Shown one piece after another: positions 11,962 through 25,415 of a stretch of 64,000 nt of DNA (position 1 is the stretch's first letter; every line of letters begins with the position of its first letter). This DNA is from Pelomyxa schiedti (Eukaryota > Protista > Evosea): contig JAHLWZ010000193.1 in NCBI GenBank assembly GCA_020536535.1, positions 51,596 through 115,595 on the forward strand, given 5' to 3'. Position numbers and translations under genes: made by a program. The notes below the pieces were generated by a model. It did no database searches and was not told where the DNA came from. It saw only the letters and a program-made list of their open reading frames with translations.

Positions 11962-14900
11962 ATGCGGTCGGGTCTTCGAACCGACGGGGAAGGACTGCAG
12001 CCCAGCAGACGAGCAGGGCTGAGGTCAGCGAGCCCTGCATCCACGTTCCCCGGCGGGGACTCCCCACGAGGGGCGGCCATCTTGAGGCGGGGATCAGGGG
12101 GCCGCGACGCCCGCACAGGGGGGGACGCAATGGATGCTGACTACGTCTCTGCTACCGCTGTTGTGGTCGCCATGGCTCCTCAGGAGACTGGAGCGCGTGT
12201 GGGTGGCGACCCCGGTGCTACTGTAGAGAACGGCGATGACGAGGACCAGGATGAAGATGAGGATGAAAGTGGGGAAGAAGAAAGGAGGGAAGGGTTGGGC
12301 GGCGGCACAATTATGGGAGGGATGCCGCTTTCCGGGAGGATTGTTTTCGACGATCCTGATGAGAGAGGCATGATGGGGAGATTATCTCTCTTTTTTTGGT
12401 GTTTTAAAAAAGACTAATCTATGGAACCACGTGTAGCTATTTCTGAATTTCCATTGGAGGAGCAACTCGCATTATACCGTAAGCTTCTTGCACGTAAGGA
12501 TGCCGAAGTACTGCAGGGTGCCATGGTCGATAATCTCTCTCGATCCCACTGCTTGGTTCTGATCATTTTCGTTTTTCCAGGCAATTAAATCGGAAAGGGA
12601 AAGTTTTGACAAGTATTCTGCTAAATTCCGTTCCAGCATTCAGAACCTCTACTCTGAATTTGCTGTTTCTGCCGCGGTACTGATCCCCCTTTTCGGGCTT
12701 AGGAGTGCATTACATCTTACTTCGTTTTGAGGCAAAAGAAGAGCAAATCAAGAAACTCACTGGCCTTCAAGCTTCCATAACACAAAATCAGGATAGGATT
12801 AACAAATTTGAGAAATATTATAAATCTCAAATTGAACAATCTATGGTAGTATACATCTTCTGGTTCCCTTTTCATTATTCTCCAGTCTTATAGTGCCACA
12901 CATACCTGCAATGTACGGGCAGTCATCGATGGTGGTAAATTGACCCAGCTTGTAGTGTTACCCCCGACACAGCTAGAAGAAGGTAACGAGGGATAAAGTT
13001 CATAAAATCCAAATAACTGGAGAAATGCAATTCCTGGAGAACTACAGACTGTACGAAATGGTGTTGAATCTGCAGAGAATGCTTGTACCTTACTAGAGCA
13101 CAACATTCACACTGCTGAAGATACAGGTTTGTGTATTCTAGAATTGTGTTCCACTTACACCTGTGCAGCATCTCAGCTTTCAGTAAGGTCGGAGCTACTG
13201 CGTAGTGCACACGATCATTTACTGCAGGATATTTCAGGAGCAAAAACGAAAATTGCGGAACTAGAAGCATCAATTGAAAAAGTATGAGTTCCTTTGAGTC
13301 AACTTAAATTTTCCTCAACAACTCAAAAAGGTAGTACAGAGCCTTGCAGATATTCCACCACCTTCATTACCATCTATTGGACAGAATCCTCTCCCACCTC
13401 CTATGCCCCTTGCACCAGAATCTGGCACTGTTGCATTCCCTCCAGAGACTCCTCCAAATTTGCCTGCACCGCAGCCAGAGATCTCAAAATCATCTTTGAG
13501 AACTCGGCCTGCACACTTCAGAACACATTCTCTCCCACCCACCAAACTATCAAATACCCCAGTTCATATCCCTCCACTTGGGAGTCCAAGTCCTCTTCAC
13601 CGCACCAAAAGTATTTTCCCCTCTCTGGCATCTAATGTGAGCTCTTTCTCTCATTCCGACAATTCGTCAACCGATGCGGCACCCTCTGGTGAGGCAATGA
13701 AAAGAGAGGTATCTATGTCACAACCTGGGTTGGTTACATCTCCAGTTCTGTCAAAAACAGAAATCAGTAAGGATGTGCTGTGAGGTGCCTTAAACCTAAC
13801 CTAGGATGACTAGAAAAAATACAAGCAGCTCGTGCTGGAGATCGTAATGTTCGTGTAATGGAAGCTTCGTTTGAGACTCGTACGATATGTGTGCTTTCTT
13901 CTGTGCAACGCACATCATTTCCTACAGTAATCTCATAAAAAACAGCTGCAGACTATGTTACATCAATTCTACAACAGTTGGAGACTTCAGTAATGTTTGT
14001 TGTACCATACATGCAACTTACCTCATCTCAGAAAGGACGCCTTAATAAATCTGGTACATTAGATGCCCCGGCAACAACAGTAACCCGGCTCCCATCCTGC
14101 GTTTCAGCTATTTGTGCTGTCTCCCTGAGCTCTGTGTGGGCTGGATGTACCGGTGGTGTTATCAAACTTCTTTCGGTAGCCCATTTCTAACAACAATAAC
14201 AATAATAAAAGCACCATTGTCTTACTGAGAATAGGCTGGCACAACTATCATGAAACTTGTACTGGAATCTAAGTCTCGAGTATTTGACATAATACCCGTT
14301 GACTCACAAGTGTGGGTTGCTTCAATGGACTCTGCTCTCACACTAATAAAACCTGTATTCCTTCATCCCGCCATTTGCGTTCTGGACTAATTTTTTCCCA
14401 GAATAGCTCCTATCAGAGCTCTACTCTAAAAGGGCATGCCAAAGGTCCAATCTTAGCACTCATGAGAATAAAAGATATGGTTTGGAGTATTGGGGCAGAC
14501 AATACTTTGCGCTCTTGGGACATCAAAAAGGTGTCTTCTTTGTGCTGGTTGTTAAGTTTGAAATTTTTGCAGGGCAGACTCAAGAAAACACTCCAATTCG
14601 ATGTCAATTTAACCTGCATGATGCTTGTTAATGGACATTTCTGGATTGGGTCTACTTCCTCTATACGCGTAGTTGATATGAAAGTACTTCCTCGAAATGC
14701 AATTGATGCAACATCTAACCTATTTCAGACACTGCAAATTCAGAACTCCAAGAATTGTGAATCCACACTTACCCAAATGAAGCAAGTTGGTACAGACAAT
14801 GTGTGGACCCTGCACACCTCCGAAGGTACAACACCAATTCGCGGCTGTGCCAATGTATGGGACGCATCTTTCAGGCACCTAGCAACTATAGTACTTACTG

Positions 14901-15464
14901 GGGCAGAGTGCTTCACAGTTGCAGGCAAAATGGTCTGGTTTGGTCTCTCTGATGGCAGCATAGTGATTTACAATAATCAGGTTATTGCGTGCATTACTCC
15001 CTTATAAATATTTTTGTCCTCACACATTGATTTCAGTGACTCTAACCAAACACCAGACAATGGAAGTTATGACCAGAATTCTCAATGCCCACGACTCGGC
15101 AATAAAATGTATTACGTGCATTGCTTCCTTTGATCCCATACTGAATTCCTACCCCATGCACATTTATAGCGGTACCAACCTCCCTTTTTTTTAATTGGTG
15201 ATTCACTAAACAAAATAGGGACACAAGCAGGTCAAATTTCTGCATGGGAAACGAACCAACATACCCACAACCTAGTGCCACACAAATACTCAGGGGGAGG
15301 TGTTTGTGTAGTATGTTGTAAGGAGCTGAAGAACTCATATTTGATATGCAAGCGTAAGAATCACTATTCAATTTTCATAAACTAACAATGCTCCAGAGTG
15401 TCATAGTTATGCTGTGCATGATGAATGCCAGCAATTTTCAACATGCTCTGAATGCACATCCTGA
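11962..15464 (+). CDS. Coiled-coil + beta-propeller (WD40-like) + C-terminal C1-type zinc finger protein, multi-exon
   Basis: N-terminal coiled coils; propeller blades (GHAKGPILALM..VWSIGADNTLRSWD, AHDSAIKCI..YSGTQAGQISAW); last exons give HNLVPHKYSGGGVCVVCCKELKNSYLICKQCHSYAVHDEC...CTS*. Confidence 0.7.
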
Positions 15465-15506
15465 ACTTGGAAGGAGGGGTTTGGCCAGTGTGATGTGTGA
15501 CCTTTC

Positions 15507-17132
15507 CTATGGCTTCTTTTCTCTTCTTCTTTTCTGGGGCAATGGAATTCGTTCTTGTTCTTGTTCTTCTTCTTCTTCCTCCATAAGCCTTGTTTTACTG
15601 ACTAGAACTTTCTTTCTGCCTCTGGTATCAGCTTTTGTGGTGGTTTTTTTTACTGGCTTTTTCAGGGAAGTGCTCTTTGTTGTAGTCTTCTTGGAGGTAC
15701 TAGCACTTGGTTTGCTGACTGTGGAGGTTAAAAGTGAAAGGAAAGTGGCACACATTTACTTATCATATCCAGTGACACAGAGACTGAGGAAGGGAATGTG
15801 GGTAATTGGTATCCTGGAGAAAAACTGTTGCACTCGAGGTCCACCCGTTCAAGGTTTGGAAGGAGAGCAAGTTTCTCTGACACCTGCATTTGGTAAAAAC
15901 AAAAAGTGAAGGAAGTTAGCTTGTGTACTTGCGAGAGTTGGTTGCCAAAAAAGAGAATCTCTTTGAGATGAATAAGGGATATAACTTCGTCAGGTACTAC
16001 TTCCAGCTGGTTATGGCTCAAATCAAGGAAAAGCAGAGGCATATTAACTGATGGGAATGAGGACAATTGGAACAGTGGTGATCATACCGATTTGAATTGG
16101 GAATTCATGGAACTTATTTGCAGACAAGTCCAACTTGATGAGGAAACTCAAGCGACTGAACTCTGGGGGCAAAGCAGAAAGCTCATTCCGAGCGAGTCTC
16201 TAGAAGAATGAGAAAGGTAGAGTGAGTAGAGTCCTACCAACGTGTGTATGTTAGAGAGAAGGCAAATATCTGGAACAATCAATGTAAGGCTTTTCCCTGA
16301 GAAATCCACAGCTGTTACTCCAGCACTTACCGCCTTTTTTATTTCGTCAGTAAGAATTTCCCTGCACAACTTTGTAAGATGTTAGGAAATAAAGAAAGAA
16401 TTACTTGGTCCAAAGCCTTAGCTTTGAAGGTTCGTAATCGAGGTTCCTCCTTTCTTCCTCCGCTCTGCGTTTAAGCTCTAACAAAAGAAAACATTATAAG
16501 AGTTTCAATAAGTGGGGAGGGATCAACTACCCTCAAGTGTCATTCCAGGGGATAACTTTGCAATCAACTCTTCCAATTGTGACACGGTAGGTGGCACCCA
16601 CTCCTCCTGTTTATTAATTAACGAATCTTTGCAGGGTATTACTGTGGATTCAGTACGAAATTACCTGTGGGCCGTCATCATCATCCTCGTCCTCATCGCC
16701 AACGGCGTCGTATTCTGCCCTCCTTACTGGATCACTTAGAACAGAGTAGGCCTTTTGAAGCTTTTGGAACTGTGCAGTCACTTCCTGTGATAGGAAACGT
16801 CGTGTCAAAAGCCACAACAACCAAAAAGCAAACAAGCAGGCCAGGCTGTCCCACAACCCACAATCACAACCACGCACGGGTTTTCCTGGGTTCTTATCGG
16901 GGTGGAGGCGTAGGGCGGCCTTGAGGTAGGCTTGCCGTATCTGCGCCGCGGGCGCCGTAGGCGGCACCCCCAGCACCGTGTAGTACTCCCTCACTCGTGG
17001 CTCCTCTGCTTCCCCTGGTTCCACTCGGGATCGGCTGTTCGCGTCCACCCCTTCAGTACTTCCTGTGGTCTCCTTAGCCCCTGCACCCGCGCTGCTTGTG
17101 CTCGTGGTGGAAGTGGTTGTCGTCGACGCCAT
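15507..17132 (-). CDS. J-domain (DnaJ) protein fused to leucine-rich repeats with basic C-terminal tail, multi-exon
   Basis: YYTVLGV...IRQAYLKAALRLHPDKNPG...FQKLQKAYSVLSDPVRRAEYD; LRRs LLFLDLSHNQLEVVPDEV, LKEILFFGNQL, LERVDLECNSF. Confidence 0.85.
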
Positions 17133-17189
17133 CCCTTCCGCGCTTGCCAATCAAAAAAGAGTAGATCTGGATTTCTTTCCTAGGACGAA

Positions 17190-20100
17190 ATGCAAGGCCG
17201 GTCGCCAGCAGCGCAACCAGTTTCTACGCAGCAAGGCACCGCCGCGACGCTTCCTGCCTCTCCTCGTCATGGGGCGCCGTTGGTCTCCACATGCACTCCC
17301 ACTGAGGCGCACGGGGGAACGGCTCCGAAGGAGCACGGAGCCGCGCATGGAGACCAGGCCCTGCCTCGCGGGGAACCCGATGTAGTAGGGTCGGACCAGC
17401 TGCTTCGCCTGCAATTTGCCAGCCCCGTCACCATGCCGCGTGCACCCGCCCCACAGGCCTCGCCCTCTGTTCCCCCCCTCTCCCTCACACCCACGCTCCC
17501 GCTCCCCCTGCAAGCTGCACCGGCGCCTCCGCCGCGCACCCCCGCGCCCCTGCCGCACCACCACCCCCACCACTCGCAGGCCACCCTCGGGCCCGCGCCC
17601 CCGCCGCCGGAACCACAGCACTTCCGGTGCTGCTGCTGCGGGGAGCCCCTGTGCTCCACCGACTCGTGCGACGTGGGGCCTCAGCCTCCCGCCGTCGGCA
17701 GTAGCACACACATCAACAGTGCCCCAGCGCCGCCTGAGAAACGCCCCAAATCCCCGGTGGCTGTAAAGGCCAATGATTCCGGCGGCAATGCCAATGCCAA
17801 CGGCAATAGCAATAGCACAGGCACGCCTGCGATTTCTGATGAAAGGGGAGACACTCTCCTTCCAGAAGGGTTGGGCACTAGAAAGAACAGTATTGGGGAA
17901 GCGTCCCATGAGTGGGGGCAAGGTGACTTATGTTTGTGGTCAGAGCTTCAGACACTCCTGCAGCAAGTTTATCGTGAAGCCTCCCCCTCCCTTTCTGTTG
18001 AACATCTATCTGCAGCTTTCCACAGAGCGTTGTTTTTTTTTCTTTTCCTCCCCCTTTCTTTCTTTCGTATCTTCCTCTTACTATGTTGCAGTCGCATGGC
18101 TGTCATTCGGCTCTGCAGTATTAGCCCAGTGGAAACCTTCCTCAAGGTTGATGAAGAATCGCGCCTCTTTTTGGATAGCATTAGGCGTCATTTGACACTG
18201 TTTGTTACTAATGCCAAAGTTCGGCACTCTCAGACATGTCAACAGGGAGCTCACACAATGGGCCAGAGTATGCTTGTCATATCTTGACTTCTGGTCATCT
18301 TGTAGCCTTAGATTTTAAGTAACAATGAAAAGGATCCTTAAGAATGCTTTTGTCCCTTCTGGCTAAATACTTCCAAAATCTATTGGTCGCCACGGAAGTA
18401 CTTCACAAACATATACTTTCACCATTAGAGCACACGTTACTATCCAAGTTTGACACAACCTTTGTTTCTCTCAATAAGGTCTCCCTCTTTCTGGAAGGTG
18501 GAAGCCCATAATTTTCAACAGGGTCTTTTCTATGACATTGTTTACATGGATACCACAATACAATCGGCTATACCCCAACTAAAATCACTTCTCATGCATC
18601 ACGAAAGTTATCCTGCCTTGACCAATTTTATGCAATTTGAGACAATAGAGAAAGATTTTTCTGGAAGGTGTGGTCTTTGCACCTTTACAGTAAGAAAATG
18701 AAACTCCCTTCCTAGAGGGAAAAAGGTATTGCATTCCATTCTCGCGAAAACAAGTGATGCACCCGTAAGCGATGTTCGCAATGAAATGGAATCTCCCCAA
18801 CAAGGAGATATTACATCTTCAGTACTTCCCTGTTTTGTATGCCCACGATTTACTTAACATTAGACAAGCGAAAAGGACACTGTGATCCACCTTTCTGTCG
18901 AGTCTGATAGTGGTCTAGCTCAACTTAAGGCACACACACAAGCTGACATTAGTAAAGAAGTATTCGCTCTTTCTTGTTGTTTCGTTTATTCAAAATCCTA
19001 GCTGTCTGCTGCCCTTGCTGCGGCCTTTTCTCCTGAAGGTTTTCTTGAAGCTTGCGCTACTCATGGATTAGTTCTTGGGAATTCAAGTTACCAACAAAAT
19101 GACCCAGTTCGTCAGCACAAAGACTCCCGCAATAGAGGACAGCCTTTGAAACCACAACCAACGCAATCGCATACATCATCAGAGCCAAGTGTCCCATTTA
19201 ATTCCACCCCATTACCTCCTGAGCCGCCCAACCTTCCCCAGGAACCATCTTCAGCCTCAGTATCTGCCCAAGTGCAATTGCCACATACGAAACTACAACT
19301 ACCTCAGAAACTCCAAACTCAAGGCCACTTAACAGTAGATGGGCAACCATTTACCGAAGAAAGCCTGTCTGTACCACTCTCTGACATTCCTCGAATGCGG
19401 CAACTTCAAGAACTCTATGAGCAGATGGCAAGAGATAATTTTGCTAGCAATCCTTCTTTTGTCGAGCAGCTCAGTCAAATAGAACGAACCTTCGGACCTA
19501 TTTTGAACAAGTCACCACCATGTGCTCAAAATCGTGAAAGTGGCAACAGTCAGCCCACTGCCAACGACCTCGCAAAAACCCCTACTGACAACGAGCTCAC
19601 AACCACACCAGCGCCTGATTCATCACTCCCTAGTAGTACCAATCCACATTGCCCAAAAGGAGGCACGATGGGAGCAACGTGCAAAAAGTGTCTTAGTCAA
19701 CCCAGTTGTAATTCTAAACCTGAAGGAGCATATGGAAACGCATCTGTTGTAAGTGAAAAACCCCATGTGGAGGCAACTTGTAAAACCCTATGCAATCACA
19801 CCCACGAGTACTGGGGTGAACTTCAACAAGTGGTACAACAAGTATATCGGGAGTCATCTATTGTTTCTCGAGAGGCATTTGCTCCTTACTCTCATCGAGT
19901 GTATGAAGGATAACATCGCAATTCATTCAGTAATGCTCATTTACAGGTCTGAATTGATTACATATTTATGTGACACGGATCCTATTTTGCTATATAACAA
20001 ACTTGAAGCTGAAGGCGTTGCTTGGATGCACAACATCAGATGCAATCTAAGGCAGTTCTTGTCCACCTGTACTCCACTGCGTCACAGTAATATGCCCTTC

Positions 20101-22745
20101 CCCAAAAAAGTCCTTACTGGGAAAAAGAAACAGCAACCGAGTTTATAGCTCTACTGGATAAACATTTCACCAATCTCCAGAGCGCTGTTGATTTACTGCA
20201 AGGTGTTCTCACACCTTTGCAAAGTTGTTTGCTTGACAAATTCAGCACCAACTTCGCAGATGTCAACAAAGTTTGCACAGTTTTTCTTTTTCTCCCATAA
20301 ATTGTTCTAGGCACTTTTTTATGAGATTGTATATGTTGATCCCGTTATACAGACAGCACTTCCTGAAGTGAGGACCCTTTTAAAAAGAGTCTACAAACTC
20401 CCAGGAACAGATGTCTTTTACTATTCCCGCTATGAACCGGAATTGCAATATCTAGCGGAGAAGTAAGTACTACACGAACTTTGTTCCATTCATCACGTCA
20501 ATGTAGATGGAGATCTACAAATGAAGCAATCAAAAGTTATTCACTGTCTACACTCGTACGTCCCAGCAAGTCGTTCCCTGCGAGCAATTTAGACACGACT
20601 GGCCTGTCAGAAGAACCAGTTCCTTGTAGTGGGGACGATGAAGAAGACGGGAATTTTGATGACACCTGCAATCTCGACACAGAAGCCAATGCAAACATGT
20701 TGTTGCATTCGGCAGAACAGGTATTTTATGTTACTTTTCTTGTACCCTTACTTTGATAAGGTTACTGGTCAGGAAACTTCCCCACCACTAACACGGCCAC
20801 CTTGCACTCCCATGGCTGCAGCAGTTATTCATGTTTCTGTAGAACCAACTACTGGCATTGCTCAGTTACATGCCTTCAAGCAAAAAGCGATCAGTGATGA
20901 GGTATGAGGCGCACTCTTCCCTAAACTTTAACATTTCGTGTTAGCTCTCTGCTGCATTGGCTGCCGCTTTTTCACCTGACGCTTTTATTGCTCATTACAG
21001 TACCAAGGCGAGTTGTCCAATTCTCATAACTTTTGTCTCATGCACAATAAGGGAAAACCAGTGGACCCTACTGCGCAATTGCCCTCAAATCACTCTGAAA
21101 GCAAACTACAACCTGATATGTGTCAAAGAATGGTGGCAGAAGGCCGCCCTGGAACTCTGACGTCAGCGGACACTTACAGCAACGCATATTTCATCACGCC
21201 GCCTCATGGGATACCAGAACCACTCTCTGATTATGAAAGTGGGGAAAGTGGAGATGACCTTGCCGAGAGCAACGCAGATGAAAAAGAGAGTGAAGGCAGC
21301 TATGACGAGGCCTTTCCAGAAACCAAAGATGACAGTTGTCCATGCAGGAGTGCTAGTACTGAAAGTGAGCAGCAAGATGAAGGGGACCCAAACCTGTCCT
21401 CAGAAAGCCCGGCCCTTACACAGATAGATGATGCGCTTCCAGGTATTTTTGCCTCCATCTCTCTTATGGCTCTCACAGCTGCTGTCCCTTCCAGAAAGGC
21501 ATCACAAGTCAGCGGGAGCACAACCACCAAGTATATGAGACCTTACTTTTTGCATTCTAACGTGGCTATAGATGGTCCTTGTAAACGGTGCAATTCTCTT
21601 TCTTGTGCTTACTGCGCCCTTTCTGAAGTTGCAAGTTTGCCACCTGCCATGCAACAAACGGCATCTAACCCAAATATCCTCTAGGTCCTTACCATCTGGC
21701 TAGGGATAAGTTGAGGTTAAAGCTAAAAGGCATAAAGGAACGGAAGCATAAAGGTTTAACCATCCAAGGTTTTACACAGACCAGCCCTCCTTTCCTTACA
21801 TTAGTAGGCCAGTCACAATCCAGATTACAGGACCACCGTCCTGTGAACCAATTAGTTGAATTCATTGAAGGCAAAAATAACCCTGGCTCTCTTAACAGTG
21901 CCAATAGCACCCGGTCACAGCATCCCAAAACCAAAAAAGGGAAAGCAACTACGATTTCAAATACAAAGCCACTGAAAAATGACACCAAACCCAGAAACAA
22001 AGTACTTGAGTTCCCAATCACCAACAAAGATCTAGAGGCACAAACCCCGCCTCGTCAAAGCCGACCATCGCCATCAAGACACCAGACCACGTCCACTGCT
22101 CCAGTGCCACCGTCCACCCAATTTCAAATCAGAAAACAGGCCCCCAAAACCCAGCAACTACCACAACATAACCACCAGCACCCTCAACAACAACAACAGC
22201 AACAGCCAAAAGCTGCAGCCAACGAAGAAAACAGAGAGCAGGAGCCAGAAACACCCACAGAAGAAATAACCGCGAACACCACAGAAAGCCCCCCACAGGG
22301 CACCACAAGTGCCACTAACACCAGTCACCAAAGCCAAAGCATCAGCACCCCAAAAACTAAGAACCACACCGGCAAGAAACCGTACCATCGAACGGGCACG
22401 TCCTCCCCCAAAGACGAAGTTGCTATTCCCACGGCCAAGTCACCAGTCCCCGATGATGCTGACGAAAATGACACAGGCGAAACAGAGGAAGACCGCGAAG
22501 TGGACGCTTTCAGATTGACGCTGGAAAACTGCTCCAAACACGTAACTCTTCTTCAAATTGGGGACCAACTAACATATGTGCAGGCACCAAAGAAAAAATA
22601 CAAACCGAACCCTTTGTGGTCTGAAGCGTTGGTTAATATGTGCAAAAATTCGTTGAATACAACAAGTACTACTCCTGTAGCATCACCTGTGCCCCGGCAA
22701 AACAAGACTTCTAAGAAGAAGGAAAAGCAGGGGAAGAGGGTGTAA
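17190..22745 (+). CDS. FAM193-like large protein with an internally duplicated helical module, multi-exon
   Basis: C-terminal motifs resemble the FAM193 family: CxxC/CAYC, LRLKL, DHRPVNQLVEFIEG, EEDREVDAFRLTLE. Two copies of a W-x-ELQ-xx-QQVYRE module. Confidence 0.6.
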
Positions 22746-22794
22746 TCCAGAAGAAAAAAACAGTGTTAATTTTTACATGTACCAAATAAGCTCA

Positions 22795-24129
22795 TTAGCT
22801 TTCATCTTTCTCTTTTCCTTTACTGTCTGTTTCTTCCTGGGGAACAGAGTCAACAGGCCCACTTGGAATGACTTCGTTTTCTAGTTGCTTTTTCTGGTCT
22901 TCATCTTCTGGAACCTTGGCAACCTGCAGGGCTTTGGCATCCTCCAGCCGGTGGTAGTTCATCTGGATGTAGAAGAACACACCCACTGATATGGCCAGGC
23001 AGGTGAAAAACAGTGTATCAAATGGAACAATCACGCCAAGAGCTATTTTGAATCCTTTGTCAGCCGCGGCTTCAAAATCAATCCAATTCACCAAAAGAGG
23101 AGACATTGTGGTGAAAGACTCGTTGTACTCCGCCTTGGAAATGGCTATAAGGTACTCTTCACAAAAATCAGAATCAATGTTTGGGCACTGTGTATGCGAT
23201 ACAGTCCACTCCTTAATGCAGTCGTTTGTTGCCAGTCCCAGTTGTTCACTACAGTTGCTCTCAGAACCCCCAGCAATCGTGCAACCAGCATAAAACGTCA
23301 ACTAGCGTTGATTAGGGAAAAGAAAGGTACAAATGCCGTACGTTGTTTGTTGGATCCTGGGAGACTTGTGCAACTAAAGGTGCCACACAAATGAGGTCGG
23401 TATCGGACACTGAACCGGTAATGAGGTTTGTGGCTACCATTGCATTGGTGAATTCAAATGACTGGGCAACTTCAGCATCATCAAGGTTGAATATAGCCTC
23501 ACCAGTTACACTAGAGAAATTGACTCCCACTGGTGTGAAATGCTCTGAATACCTGTGTTATTTTAAGCAGTACGGTTTCGAATTTCTACATTATTTTTTA
23601 TTCCAAGCCCCCCTTTTTTTGGTTTGTAATCAAGAGAGTTCCTACCAAACAGTGCAGTATTGAGCTAAGACAACGGAGATAGTTATAGTAAAAGCAATAA
23701 ACGCAAGAGAGCATATCCCAGCAAGAATCATAAAAGCCGGTGACAAAAAAAGGGGATTGGATTGGCCAATCTAGTGGAGTTAAATTGCAGTACGAGTACT
23801 AGGCAACCTACCACAAGAAGTAGAACAAACATTCCAATTATGACACAAAGTGGAACTACGGCAGAAACAATCGTAGCAGCAATTTTTGAATCCAAGCTCA
23901 AGGTCAAAGTACCACTTCGAAAGGGGTTAAAAAAAAACCAAAAAAAGAGAAATCACCTTTGCACAGCAGCTGAGACACCAAACATAATCAACATGCAGAT
24001 CACCACAAACACGCGTTCCCCTCTTTTCGACACAAGGCCTTCAGTAATTGTGCTACTGCCCTGTCCCAGAACGCCAGTTCCCTTAGACGCAAATACGGAC
24101 GCCACACTATCGATACGTGCCGCTGCCAT
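22795..24129 (-). CDS. Multi-pass membrane protein of unknown function, spliced
   Basis: ATG 24129 (MAAARIDSV...); several hydrophobic segments (VFVVICMLIMFGV, IVSAVVPLCVIIGMFVLLLVVGCLVLVL, FMILAGICSLAFIAFTITISVVL), a Cys-containing loop, a final TM (LFFTCLAISVGVFFYI) and an acidic tail. Confidence 0.65.
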
Positions 24130-24275
24130 GCGTGGTGCACCAGATCTTCGACAGTTCAGAGAAATGCCTGGCCGAGGAGTTGCATTTGATTAATTAATTA
24201 AACATCGCTCAACAAAGCTCTATTCGCTGTGTGGTGCACCCGTAAGTCAGCACTCACCGGACGCACCAGAACAAA

Positions 24276-25294
24276 ATGTGGGCGAAGAGAAACCCAGCAC
24301 CGCCTCCAAAGAAGGCTGACGCCGAGGAAAAAGAGGAGGAAAGCGAGGACAACGAGGAGGAAGAGGAAGCGGAAGAGAAAGAGAAAGTGAAAGTGAAAGA
24401 GGAGGAAAACGATGACCAGGATGATGGCGAGGCTGGAGAGAAGGAGGGAAACGAAGAAGAACATGAAGAGGAAAGCGAAGAAGGTGAAGATGACGACGAA
24501 AGCGAAAGCGAGGAGGAAGCAGAACTGGTTGAGGAAAACGTAGAAGAGGAGGACGAAGAGGACGACGACGCTCCCGTGAGTATACTCGATGTTTATTGGT
24601 TGTGCTTATGTACTCTGTTTTTTAACCAAAAATCAGAAAGCCGGGAAGAAGCGTAAGGCTGCCAAAAAAATTGCATCGGCTTCCGCACCGAAAGTATCAA
24701 AATTTGACAATATCAGTAGCAGGCAAGTGTTTGTCGGCGAGTTAGACACTACGGTTACGCAGGAGGATGTTACAGAGGCGTTCTCTGGATGTCCTGGCTT
24801 CCAATCATTTAAGCTTCGCCTAACCAGACATAAGCAATCCAAATGGTACAGCCTCCTGTTCCCTTTTCCAGTACACTTACAGTTCCACAGTGACGGTTTT
24901 GCTAATTTTGACACTCCCGAACATGCCCAGGCGTGTGTCCCTGTAATGCACGGGAAAGAGTTAAAGGGCAAGACTATCTGTGTCAATATTCCAAGGCAAC
25001 TAAGTATGCTATTCTTAGTCATTAGTTTTGTCTTAAAATTCCCGTTATTCAGGTACAGAAGAACTTGCAGAAGCCAAAAAAAAGAGGCTTGAGGCTTCTG
25101 GCCAAACCCCAAGAGAAGGGAAGAAAAGACGCCGAGGAAGAAAAGGCAGATGGCGAGGACGAGGTAGGAAAAACGGGCGAGGAGGACGGGGAGGCAGGCG
25201 GCGCGAGCGAGGAGGGAAAGAGAGTAGCCCCAAGGGTGACGACTCGGCTGGCTCCCCTGACTCTGCTGCTGACTCTGGCTCCAGCTCGGAGTGA
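24276..25294 (+). CDS. Nucleolin/Nsr1-like RNA-binding protein (acidic tract + RRM + RGG/basic tail), spliced
   Basis: Long E/D tract; RNP2 QVFVGEL and RNP1 GFANF; last exon RGRKGRWRGRGRKNGRGGRGG...SSSE*. Confidence 0.8.
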
Positions 25295-25415
25295 AGGCAG
25301 AGAGGAGGCAGAACTTTCAGGGGAAGGGTTGTGGTGAGGTGTTGTTCCCTGCTCTACGGGCAATTAAAAACGCAATAAGAAGCATTGCTTCTTTTTCTTT
25401 TTTTTTTTTACACCT

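Noticed and set aside
24130-24245. Twice-occurring GTGGTGCACC and TTAATTAATTAA in a divergent promoter; TCACGG-like words upstream of several starts
   Set aside because: Plausible cis-elements, but too short and too few to support without genome-wide enrichment testing.
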